A stretch of 29,677 bases of DNA from a virus (taxonomy: Duplodnaviria; Caudoviricetes). The stretch spans positions 1 through 29,677 of the IMG/VR virus record IMGVR_UViG_3300008450_000309. One strand, written 5' to 3'. The notes under the pieces were generated by a model that did no database searches, was not told the origin of the DNA, and saw only the letters and a list, made by a program, of their open reading frames with translations. The translations under genes and the position numbers were made by a program. Positions 18,805 to 26,625 of this stretch are shown in pieces (the first letter of the stretch is position 1; every line of letters starts with the position of its first letter).

Positions 18805-20667
18805 TTAAACAAAGAACGGAGTGAATGAAGCTTCTGCGTCTTCTGCTTGAAAATTCATCATGTCAAAATAGGTTTGAACCATCCAGTTTCCCAATACCAA
18901 AGCAGAATAAGAGTCGCGACGAGCTTTATCTGCGCCATTTTGTCTTTTGAGGTTTGATGGCAAGTCGAAAGACTGTGTTCCTTGGCTAGTGGTTGATACT
19001 TGAATCAAGGCGCACTGAGCTTTTGTCAAATCAATCATGTCTTTCTGATGCTCAATGAAATCAATCATTTTAGCCGCTGAGTTTTTCTCATCTGCATCAG
19101 CCACTCTCAAGAACTTAATTTGCTCAATGGGAATGCTCTTGGCTCTTTGGCGCTGATAGTCATCATTAACTGCGCTGCCAGCAAACCAAATCTTCTTGTG
19201 ATCAAAAGAGGATTGCAACGACTCGTTTGCAAAACGAATCCATTGCGAAGTTGGGCGGCGAAGATGACAAATCTTTTTAGACGCTATATTATATTGATTG
19301 CGAGCTTCGCGCAAGGCTGCATTGTAGTTTTGCACATCGTCAAACTCTGCATCAAAGCAGTCAATCTTTAAATTGTTGCTCTTGAATAAATCGCTCTCGT
19401 TGCAAGCGTTCAGGAATTGCACGCCACCATTATAGTCGCCAACAATGCAAACAATGTTAAAGCTGGTCAAAAGATAATAAAAATAAAAAATATGATCTTT
19501 TAGGCGAGTGCCAGAAATAGCATAGCTATGCACAACTGTTCCTGTGCGCTTCTCTTTATTGAGCTTGATCACATGCATTCCAAAGTCGTCAGAGCTTTCG
19601 CTTTCTGACCAAGATGGGTCAAAAGATAAAATATATTCATCATTTGGTTCGCCAGCCACTTCCACGCACTGACCTTGACCGTCTTCAATTGTGCAAGCTG
19701 CCATTTTGCTAACTTTAAAGTAGCCGCTGGAATCATCTGTGAATATTGACCCAAACTCGCGATCAAACTGAGACTGACTCAAGGTTGACTTTGCTTGCTG
19801 AATCAAAGACTGATCATACAATTGTGTTGGTGCGCAATCGTAACTCAAGTGCATGATAACGCGATGTGCCACATCAGTTTTTTCTGGATTTAAAATAAGA
19901 TGCTCGTATTGCTGATATAGTTTATACAAGTATTCGAACTTGTAAGACGCAGAAGACAAACCAATAATTTTATTATTTGGCCACTGAGTTCTTTCCTCTT
20001 CTTTCATTTGGCCCAACTCAATCAATTGACTTTCTAGGCCATAAATTTCTTGACGTTCTGTGGGATTCTCTACCACAGACAAGAACGGCAAAATAACTTC
20101 ATTAAAAATTCGTTCTGGCATGAGCAAGAACTCGTCAATAATCATGCGTTGAAAACGAAAGCCGCGCAGCTTTTCGCCATCGCCAAGAGGCAGAGCAGTG
20201 ATCTTGCTTCTGCCAACTTCCATAACCCACTGATCGTTGGTTTTGGAAACTCTTGTTACAGCCTCGGCAAACATGGAAGCTTTTGGAGTTTTCATAATGT
20301 CCTCAATCTTGTTAAAGATCATGCGACTCTGACGAAAGCTCTTAGAGATGATGCCAATATGCACTCCTTGATGCAGAACAGCGTCTAGGGCGGCAAACAA
20401 ACCCGTTGTGAAGCTTTTACTCTGACCGCGACTCCAAACGCCTAGAAAGTAATCTGTGAGCATCATAGCTTTAATTGCCATGTGCTGAAACGGAAACAAT
20501 TTAATACCAGTTAATAATTCACAAGTGAAAGATGGATTTTCTTTCAGAAACTTGTATAGCATGATTTTAGCTTCCCGCTCTTCCAAAAAGTCTTTGGAAG
20601 CAAGAATCTCTTGATTGATGTTTAAGAAATGTTTTCTTCTTTTTTGGTTGCCTTCAATCCAAGCCAT
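18805..20667 (-). CDS. terL: Terminase large subunit (620 aa)
   Basis: Q-motif LFPFQ, Walker A SRGQSKS, LRGFR, Walker B MIIDE, coupling motif LSSA, FDREF, and RNase H-like nuclease acids (LSFDPS...DDF...RRDSYSA). Confidence 0.93.
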   Translation of the reverse strand: MAWIEGNQKRRKHFLNINQEILASKDFLEEREAKIMLYKFLKENPSFTCELLTGIKLFPFQHMAIKAMMLTDYFLGVWSRGQSKSFTTGLFAALDAVLHQGVHIGIISKSFRQSRMIFNKIEDIMKTPKASMFAEAVTRVSKTNDQWVMEVGRSKITALPLGDGEKLRGFRFQRMIIDEFLLMPERIFNEVILPFLSVVENPTERQEIYGLESQLIELGQMKEEERTQWPNNKIIGLSSASYKFEYLYKLYQQYEHLILNPEKTDVAHRVIMHLSYDCAPTQLYDQSLIQQAKSTLSQSQFDREFGSIFTDDSSGYFKVSKMAACTIEDGQGQCVEVAGEPNDEYILSFDPSWSESESSDDFGMHVIKLNKEKRTGTVVHSYAISGTRLKDHIFYFYYLLTSFNIVCIVGDYNGGVQFLNACNESDLFKSNNLKIDCFDAEFDDVQNYNAALREARNQYNIASKKICHLRRPTSQWIRFANESLQSSFDHKKIWFAGSAVNDDYQRQRAKSIPIEQIKFLRVADADEKNSAAKMIDFIEHQKDMIDLTKAQCALIQVSTTSQGTQSFDLPSNLKRQNGADKARRDSYSALVLGNWMVQTYFDMMNFQAEDAEASFTPFFV

Positions 20668-21577
20668 TTAGTAGCCCTCCATTAATATAAAATTGTAAGT
20701 CCACATTCCAAAGCTTCTTGCCATGAACCAAAAGAAGAGGAATGAGTTTTTCGCTGTTCTTGCGGTTGCTAGAGAACACAAATTGGCAGCAGTCTTTGAA
20801 TTCAATTTGCAAAGCTCTCATGTTGTGGTAGATGTAAGCTAAGTTGCTCTTGTGAGAGTTTTTACCGTTGTTCTGCTGAATCTGTTCAAAGTCGCTTTCC
20901 ACAACCACAAAGATGAAGCTCTCCTGCTCACGCGCACGCAAGAGTTCGCGCTTGAATCGGTCCAAATTGTCTTCGCTAACCGTGGATTTAAAATCTGATT
21001 CAGACTTGCGATCAACAAACGTATAATTAAAATACTTTGGTTCAACACAGTAGTCGCCCAAATCTAATTTTAGAAACTCATGGTTTGAGAATGAAAGAGG
21101 TTGTTGCTCTCGCGTATCAATAAAAATCTTTGGGTTTGGATGAGTGTGGCACTCTTTTGGGAACTTGTCACTAAACATGAGCCTAGAACCGCAACTCTCA
21201 GCCGCCGCAGAATAACTGCCAAAAAACTTTTTAAACACTGAGATGCTTGGCAAGCCATAGCTGTTCAAGATCACTTCGCACGGAGCAAAACCCTCTTTTG
21301 TTTTGGAGCAAAGCATTTCTAATAAGATCATGCAAACACCCAAGTCTTTAGAGTGTTGCTGGTCAAAAAATTTATTTTGATTGGCGCTATTCAAGAAATA
21401 GGTTTGAAAATACTGCTCTTTGTTTTTAAAGGGCAATAGTTCTCCAGTGAGCAAGTCTCTGCGCTGGTAGTGCTTCACATAATAATCATGCAAGAACATG
21501 TCATGCTTCTTGATGTGAGCATGAAGACTGCGTTCAGAATCGAACTCTTGTTGACACTCTAAACAATTAAATGACAT
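20654..21577 (-). CDS. C2H2 zinc finger plus ERCC4/XPF-type nuclease domain protein (307 aa)
   Basis: Start moved to MSFNC at 21577. CLEC-x12-HIKKH finger; IFIDTREQ...LDLGDY...VDRKSESDF ERCC4 signature. Confidence 0.8.
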   Translation of the reverse strand: MSFNCLECQQEFDSERSLHAHIKKHDMFLHDYYVKHYQRRDLLTGELLPFKNKEQYFQTYFLNSANQNKFFDQQHSKDLGVCMILLEMLCSKTKEGFAPCEVILNSYGLPSISVFKKFFGSYSAAAESCGSRLMFSDKFPKECHTHPNPKIFIDTREQQPLSFSNHEFLKLDLGDYCVEPKYFNYTFVDRKSESDFKSTVSEDNLDRFKRELLRAREQESFIFVVVESDFEQIQQNNGKNSHKSNLAYIYHNMRALQIEFKDCCQFVFSSNRKNSEKLIPLLLVHGKKLWNVDLQFYINGGLLNGLD

Positions 21578-22619
21578 CTTCTTTTGAAATACCAAGAACA
21601 CGGCACTTCCATTCACCCATGCTCTCTAGTCTATTGGCTTCTTCGCTAACCATTTTCTTTTGCATCTCTGCAATTTTTACCATGTTTTTACGCTCTTCCT
21701 CGTCTTGAAATAACTGAACCAAAGAAATAATTGATGCATTTTCTTTGTATTTGTTTTTCATTCTTTCGGCGCGATCACCTTGTAGCTTTTTCGTGAGGTT
21801 TTCAATGCGGCCTTCGCACTGATGGTATTCGCTCGACTTTGCTTTGATAATTTCAGCCAGCCTAACAGTCATATCTTCTTGATCATCAATCTCATCAAAC
21901 TGATCATTCAGTTTGTTCAAGTGCTTGCCAATCACTTCCAAGTTGATGATTTCTTTGCACACGTTCATGTAAAGATTCAATTCGTCAGAAGACAAGTCTG
22001 GCTTGTCCCAAGTTAAACGAATAAACTCTTCCTCGAAAAGAGTGCGGTCTTTTTGCGACAAGTAATTATTCATGATTGTCACAAAACGAGAATTGGAAAG
22101 ATTGATGCTGAGTTTGTCAATGCAAACCTTGTATTGGCGAGACAGCTTATGCTCATCTAGCGTCAAACCTGTGGCATCATTCACCTTTTTTAAAACGCGA
22201 CTAAAAGCTTTGGGCGGAATGTATTCAGTGAGAAGAGCAGACTCAGAATTGCCAACAAGATCAGGATTCACTGACCTAACGTAGTCAAGCACTGCTCTTT
22301 GTTCCATGCCAAGCTTTTTAACTTCGCGATCTTGGAAAATGAGTTCAGCAATGCGGAAAGTTGACACGCCAGCTTGACTCTGCAAAAGGGCAAACTCTTT
22401 TTGCGAGTCTGAGAGTTCAATGCTTTCGCTTTTTTCTCTTTTAGTTGTTGAGAAAGAGTAATTGTTATCAATTAAAAATTGTCTAACTAAACGCCCCTCT
22501 TTTTTGCGACCATCAAGAGTAGGGTCGCCAAAGCATTGTTTGGTGAGTTCGTTCAAGTCATTGATTTGCAAATAGTTTTCGCGAATGAATTCTTTTTGCT
22601 GTTCTGTTAGCTCGGTCAT
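21567..22619 (-). CDS. Probable terminase small subunit / HTH DNA-binding protein (350 aa)
   Basis: Two repeated LT/SxxQKEF HTH-like units and a long C-terminal coiled coil, upstream of TerL. TerS identity is inferred. Confidence 0.5.
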   Translation of the reverse strand: MTELTEQQKEFIRENYLQINDLNELTKQCFGDPTLDGRKKEGRLVRQFLIDNNYSFSTTKREKSESIELSDSQKEFALLQSQAGVSTFRIAELIFQDREVKKLGMEQRAVLDYVRSVNPDLVGNSESALLTEYIPPKAFSRVLKKVNDATGLTLDEHKLSRQYKVCIDKLSINLSNSRFVTIMNNYLSQKDRTLFEEEFIRLTWDKPDLSSDELNLYMNVCKEIINLEVIGKHLNKLNDQFDEIDDQEDMTVRLAEIIKAKSSEYHQCEGRIENLTKKLQGDRAERMKNKYKENASIISLVQLFQDEEERKNMVKIAEMQKKMVSEEANRLESMGEWKCRVLGISKEDVI

Positions 22620-23302
22620 AGAATATCTTTGTTTTTTAAGATTTCAATTGCCTTGTCTCGGAAAAGTTTTTTAAGATTTTTAATTTGCTTGTAACCAATC
22701 TTGCGGTTTTTCTCGCTGCTGCGATAGCCAAGAAACTTTGCAACTTCTTCATCAGATAGCTTCTCAAAGAAAAGCATTTCATAAGCGCGGTAATAGTTTT
22801 CCGACAAGATTTTTTTCATTTCTTGGTTGAGCAGATGAACTGATTGTGAAAAGTCCAATTGATCAAACGAAAGCTCTTCGATTTCGCGAGAATGATTCTC
22901 AAGCTCAAGCGGCAGCTTGATGTTGTAGCCATGACGCTTGCTTTTGGTCCAAATTGCATACTTTTCGCAAGAAGAGTCTTGCACTCCGCTAATGTTCAAA
23001 GCACAAAACTCATCGCCCAAATTGTGAGGGCAATTCATGCAAGGCTTCACATAGTTTGTGTAGTTGTTGCGAATCAGGTTACGAATCTGATTGGAAATGA
23101 TGCGCGAAAGCCAAGGCTCAAGAGCTTTTTTCTGATCCCACATGTGCCACTTCTTAAAAACGTGCAATTTAATAATTTGCTCAACGTCTTCAAAAGACAT
23201 CCACTTCAATACATTAAGCTGCCACTTGTTTCGGCGCTTGCGTATCTCAACTTCAATGATGGGTAGTTTTTCCTCGAAAAGAATTTTTTTACGTCTTGGC
23301 AT
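22616..23302 (-). CDS. Phage-encoded sigma70/ECF-like sigma factor (228 aa)
   Basis: Region 2 (FEDVEQII...WDQKKALEPWLSRIISNQIRNLIR) and region 4 HTH (AYEMLFFEKLSDEEVAKFLG), with a 4-Cys insertion between them. Confidence 0.75.
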   Translation of the reverse strand: MPRRKKILFEEKLPIIEVEIRKRRNKWQLNVLKWMSFEDVEQIIKLHVFKKWHMWDQKKALEPWLSRIISNQIRNLIRNNYTNYVKPCMNCPHNLGDEFCALNISGVQDSSCEKYAIWTKSKRHGYNIKLPLELENHSREIEELSFDQLDFSQSVHLLNQEMKKILSENYYRAYEMLFFEKLSDEEVAKFLGYRSSEKNRKIGYKQIKNLKKLFRDKAIEILKNKDIL

Positions 23303-23633
23303 GTTTGTCTTTAAGTTCGTCTAAAGACATTGGACGATTTCTTTTAGAGAATGTTTTGGGTTGGCCAAATAGTTCGCCTAGTTGATAGCTACGATTGCCA
23401 GAATCGTTTTCAATCTCATAAGCCAAGGACGACAAGTTTGGAATTTCAGAAACATTAGAAAACTCTTCTGAGTCTTCATCGTCTTCAAAACTCTCTTCTC
23501 TTCCTCTGCTTGGCGCGTTAACCTTGGCTGATACAGTGGCGTTTAGTTTTGTACCGCATTTTCCGCAAAAGTTTGGCGGAGAGACTGAGTAAGTCATCTT
23601 ATTGCCACAGTTGGTACAGAATGAAAGAGCCAT
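23289..23633 (-). CDS. Zinc-ribbon protein with acidic tail (114 aa)
   Basis: FCTNCG-x10-NFCGKCG. Confidence 0.8.
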   Translation of the reverse strand: MALSFCTNCGNKMTYSVSPPNFCGKCGTKLNATVSAKVNAPSRGREESFEDDEDSEEFSNVSEIPNLSSLAYEIENDSGNRSYQLGELFGQPKTFSKRNRPMSLDELKDKHAKT

Positions 23634-23634
23634 G

Positions 23635-23913
23635 TTATTTTGATTTTAATTCTTTTTTAATTTCGTCAGTGTCTCGCTTTATATATTCAAGTTTAGTATT
23701 AATCAATTCAACTATTGATTGCATTTTTTGGTCAAGTATTTTTGTTTTGGACTCGACTTCTACGACTCTATTATCAAGAACTTTTAAATCTGCCACAGCA
23801 GCATAGTTGCTGTTTAGCCATAAAACAAGCACGCCAACAACAACAAGCACAACGCTTTTAATTGCTTCGAACCAATTGAGGCTGACTTTACTCAGAGATG
23901 CTTTTTCAGACAT
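23635..23913 (-). CDS. Single-TM coiled-coil membrane protein (holin-like candidate, 92 aa)
   Basis: Hydrophobic VVLVVVGVLVLWL followed by a heptad coiled coil. Confidence 0.65.
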   Translation of the reverse strand: MSEKASLSKVSLNWFEAIKSVVLVVVGVLVLWLNSNYAAVADLKVLDNRVVEVESKTKILDQKMQSIVELINTKLEYIKRDTDEIKKELKSK

Positions 23914-23921
23914 ATACTAAG

Positions 23922-23927
23922 TTACAC
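23922..23927 (-). promoter_or_regulatory. Putative late promoter GTGTAA, coincident with the PhoH Val-stop
   Basis: 8 nt before ATG 23913, no SD. Confidence 0.55.
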
Positions 23928-24644
23928 TTTTTTATCCATGTTTTCAATTTTTTCGATGATGAATTTGAGGATTTCACTGCGGAAAATGTCAGTCTTGTCA
24001 AACTTGAAAACGTGAATGCCTTGCGCTCGACTTTCATCGTTATCGAAACATTCCAAGAACTGAGAGAATCCACTGTTGCGAATGTCGCTCTGCATCAAGT
24101 CGCCAGACAAGAAAATCTTGGCATTCTCGCCAACGCGAGTTAAAAGCGTTACAAGTTCCTTTTTAGAAAAGTTTTGGCACTCGTCGCAAACAACAATTTT
24201 ATTTTGCCAGCTTGAGCCGCGCACAAAGTTTACTGGCATGGCATTGATCACGCCATCTTTGCGCAGAGACACCATTGTTGGCGCAGTGATGATTTCATCC
24301 ATTTTGTCCTCAAGAGGCAAGAGAAAGGGCATGAACTTCTCGTCCACAGTGCCTGGCAAACTGCCCAAGCCTTTGTCGCCGCTCTCAGCAATGCTGCGAA
24401 TGTATGTCAAGTCCCAATCTTTGTTTGCTGCCAACAGATTCAAAGCAGAATAAACGCTCATGTAAGTTTTCGCGCTGCCTGCTGGACCCGCTATAAAAAC
24501 TATTTTTGTTTCGGGGTTTAAACAAATGTCGAGCAGTTGTTTTTGTTTTTCGGAAAATTTGAATTTGCGCTGCTTGAACTCAATTTTACGTTCCATCGAA
24601 CCGATTTCGAGAGAACCCTCAGAAGACTTTTTGGATTTGGCCAT
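23922..24644 (-). CDS. phoH: PhoH-family ATPase (240 aa)
   Basis: GPAGSAKTY Walker A, LGSLPGTVDEKFMPF, FVRGSSW, DECQN, LLTRVGE, SGDLMQSD, DIFRS. Confidence 0.93.
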   Translation of the reverse strand: MAKSKKSSEGSLEIGSMERKIEFKQRKFKFSEKQKQLLDICLNPETKIVFIAGPAGSAKTYMSVYSALNLLAANKDWDLTYIRSIAESGDKGLGSLPGTVDEKFMPFLLPLEDKMDEIITAPTMVSLRKDGVINAMPVNFVRGSSWQNKIVVCDECQNFSKKELVTLLTRVGENAKIFLSGDLMQSDIRNSGFSQFLECFDNDESRAQGIHVFKFDKTDIFRSEILKFIIEKIENMDKKV

Positions 24645-24654
24645 TCAAGAGATA

Positions 24655-24660
24655 TTACAC
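24655..24660 (-). promoter_or_regulatory. Putative late promoter GTGTAA for phoH
   Basis: In the 17-nt intergenic gap, 10 nt before the ATG. Confidence 0.6.
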
Positions 24661-24661
24661 T

Positions 24662-25570
24662 TTAATAAATGTTTTCTCTGATGGTAACTGAACCGTTTAA
24701 AGAATTTCCTTGCTGCTGGGTTAAAGATTGGCTAGTGATTTTGCCGCTCACATCAATTGCCAGTTTGTAATCCTCGCGAGGATTGAAAGAAGTTCCAGTG
24801 ATAAAGTATCTAAAAGGAGAAAATCTAAAACTCACAAAAGAACCATCGCCGCTGCCATTAAAGTCAATGATTTGCCCCACGTTTTCGCCCTCAATGGTCA
24901 CTGTGCGCTCAACGCTGTTCAAAAGAACTCTCTCTGGTGTTTTGTAACCAATTGTATAAACTGGAGTGCGAGAGCAGGAAACACCAATCTGAGCGCTCTT
25001 TTTGCTTTGAGGCAAAGGTTCTAGGTTGCCTGTGATGCCAACTGCCAAAGCGTGCAAAGAATCAAAGTAAGCTCCTGTGCCAGCTTCTTTTAAAAGACTT
25101 GGCGCATTTGCCATACCAGTGAAAGTTTGGCCCTCAATTGTGTCCACATCGTAGCTGTTAAAGTCCGCGCTAAAAACAATTGGCTGATAGGGGGTGATTT
25201 GAATCGAATAAGAATTAAGGTGACAATCTTTGAACAAGAAATTGCCCACTCTGATCTGATGTCCAGTTTCAAACTCTCCTGTGAGAGCTAACACTCCTGT
25301 TTGAGAAATGCTGCGAGAATTCGCGTTCTCCCCAATCATGGGAAACCAAGAAAAAGAAAGTTTGGCAGCTAGTGGCGCGGTTGGTGAGTAGTCGTTGCTG
25401 ATGGGAGTTTTGCCCAAGTATTTTCGCGGCTCTAGGGATGTGTCAAAATTTATGCTCACTTCGTTTGCCGCCATCAAATCAGCACCAGCGCCTCCTGTTA
25501 GCGGAGCTTGGTTTGCGGTGCTAAAATTCGCGAAAACAGGAACATTAGTGTATTTAATGAATTTTGACAT
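24662..25570 (-). CDS. Tail-tube-like virion protein (tube paralog or tail-tip hub, 302 aa)
   Basis: Beta-rich. VSCSRTPVYTIG resembles LPMSRTPIERLG of the 10717 tube protein, and LNSYSIQIT resembles LNSESYSSD. Confidence 0.55.
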   Translation of the reverse strand: MSKFIKYTNVPVFANFSTANQAPLTGGAGADLMAANEVSINFDTSLEPRKYLGKTPISNDYSPTAPLAAKLSFSWFPMIGENANSRSISQTGVLALTGEFETGHQIRVGNFLFKDCHLNSYSIQITPYQPIVFSADFNSYDVDTIEGQTFTGMANAPSLLKEAGTGAYFDSLHALAVGITGNLEPLPQSKKSAQIGVSCSRTPVYTIGYKTPERVLLNSVERTVTIEGENVGQIIDFNGSGDGSFVSFRFSPFRYFITGTSFNPREDYKLAIDVSGKITSQSLTQQQGNSLNGSVTIRENIY

Positions 25571-25592
25571 TGACCTTTTCTTGTATTATGTT
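25564..25592 (+). promoter_or_regulatory. sigma70-type promoter TTGACA-N17-TATGTT for the deaminase gene
   Basis: Consensus -35, 17-nt spacer, TAnnnT -10 ending 11 nt before ATG 25604. It overlaps the divergent gene start. Confidence 0.6.
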
Positions 25593-25595
25593 AAT

Positions 25596-25601
25596 TTACA
25601 C
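25596..25601 (-). promoter_or_regulatory. Putative late promoter GTGTAA heading the leftward operon
   Basis: In the 33-nt divergent gap, 25 nt before ATG 25570, followed by an AAGG RBS. Confidence 0.6.
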
Positions 25602-25603
25602 CA

Positions 25604-26011
25604 ATGAAGAAAACTTTAGAAAAATGCGTGGAAATAACCAAAGGGCTAAAGCCCAAAAAACAAAATGGCCGCAGCTTTCATGCCACTTTTATTTTTGACA
25701 AGAAACGCTTGGTTAGCATTGGCTACAATGACTATCGCAAGCATCATCCATATCACAAAGTGGGAAAATACATTGGTTACAAAACCAACCCTGAAAAATA
25801 CCAGCCTTGCTTGCACTCGGAGATTAGCGCCATTTTAAAATTGGGCGAGGAAGACTTGAGCCGCCTCTCTTTTGTGAATGTGCGCATAGATGGCAACAAC
25901 AAACTCGCTTTGGCAAAGCCTTGCCCCAACTGTGAGAGAGTTTTGCGCCAAACTGGATTCAAGAAATTCTTCTACTCTTCTGAAAAAGGGTTTTTTGAAA
26001 AGCTGGGTTGA
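25604..26011 (+). CDS. Zn-dependent cytidine/dCMP-deaminase-fold protein (135 aa)
   Basis: HATFIF...SIGYN...LHSEISAI...AKPCPNC, matching HxE...PCxxC. Confidence 0.85.
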   Translation: MKKTLEKCVEITKGLKPKKQNGRSFHATFIFDKKRLVSIGYNDYRKHHPYHKVGKYIGYKTNPEKYQPCLHSEISAILKLGEEDLSRLSFVNVRIDGNNKLALAKPCPNCERVLRQTGFKKFFYSSEKGFFEKLG

Positions 26012-26249
26012 TTTTTTTTCTAGTTTTAATAGAGAGGTTTTTCTCTCTTGGGTCCGAGTTTTTTGATAATGGGGTGGGGGCAGGGTAGAGATGAGTAAGA
26101 GAAGAAGAAACACTAATAGAAACACTAGAGGAATATACAAACCATAGTGGGTTGATGAAAATTGAAGGATAGATTGAAAAAACCCACCCCCCTGGGTCCT
26201 GGCAAACCTTGGCACCCAAACTTTCCTGGAAATGGGGTAGGGTCAACCC

Positions 26250-26296
26250 TGTCAAGCGAAAAATAAAAAATCTTTTTTCCAAACTTGGCACGCTAA
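26250..26296. repeat. 47-bp dispersed repeat, copy 1 (TGTCAA-A tracts-TCTTTT-TGGCACGCTAA)
   Basis: Second copy at 27720-27766 with the same 36-nt offset between TGTCAA and TGGCACGCTAA. Confidence 0.8.
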
Positions 26297-26339
26297 AAAA
26301 TACCCCGCTAAAAAAACGAAAAAAAAACGCACGCTACGC

Positions 26340-26367
26340 TTGCAAAGGCTGTGGAATCATGTATCCT
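26340..26367 (+). promoter_or_regulatory. Early-type promoter TTGCAA-N16-TATCCT, leaderless
   Basis: A-tract upstream; ATG 6 nt after the -10. Confidence 0.75.
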
Positions 26368-26373
26368 CTCAAC

Positions 26374-26580
26374 ATGGAAAACAAAATCAATCTCTCCGCC
26401 ACTGAAGCCCAAACGCTCACCGTTCTTGAGTGGGTCAAAGTTCGCCAAGCCATCGAATCCAAGATGGAAGAACTGGACGGTGCTGCTCAATGGGCAGAAG
26501 AAAAAGGTTACGATAGCGAAGAATACTATCGCAACGAATACGCTGCCTTTTCCGCCATCCTGAAAAAGATGGCGAAATAA
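26374..26580 (+). CDS. Small early-type protein (68 aa, MENKINLS...)
   Basis: Start reassigned from the track ORF 26209 using promoter geometry. Helical and acidic. Confidence 0.8.
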   Translation: MENKINLSATEAQTLTVLEWVKVRQAIESKMEELDGAAQWAEEKGYDSEEYYRNEYAAFSAILKKMAK

Positions 26581-26591
26581 AACAAAATCGC

Positions 26592-26619
26592 TTGCACGTT
26601 TAACCTTTTCCCCTATACT
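26592..26619 (+). promoter_or_regulatory. Early-type promoter TTGCAC-N16-TATACT
   Basis: 33 bp identical to the promoter at 26816; ATG 6 nt after the -10. Confidence 0.85.
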
Positions 26620-26625
26620 CTCACT

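Noticed and set aside
26050-26085. G-quadruplex
   Set aside because: Only three closely spaced G3+ tracts; the fourth needs an 18-nt loop.
26181-26210. A fourth copy of the TAGG-box element (CCCCTGGGTCCTGGC resembles the inner palindrome)
   Set aside because: No flanking TAGG-N7-CCTA boxes and the inner stem does not pair properly; resemblance is too weak.
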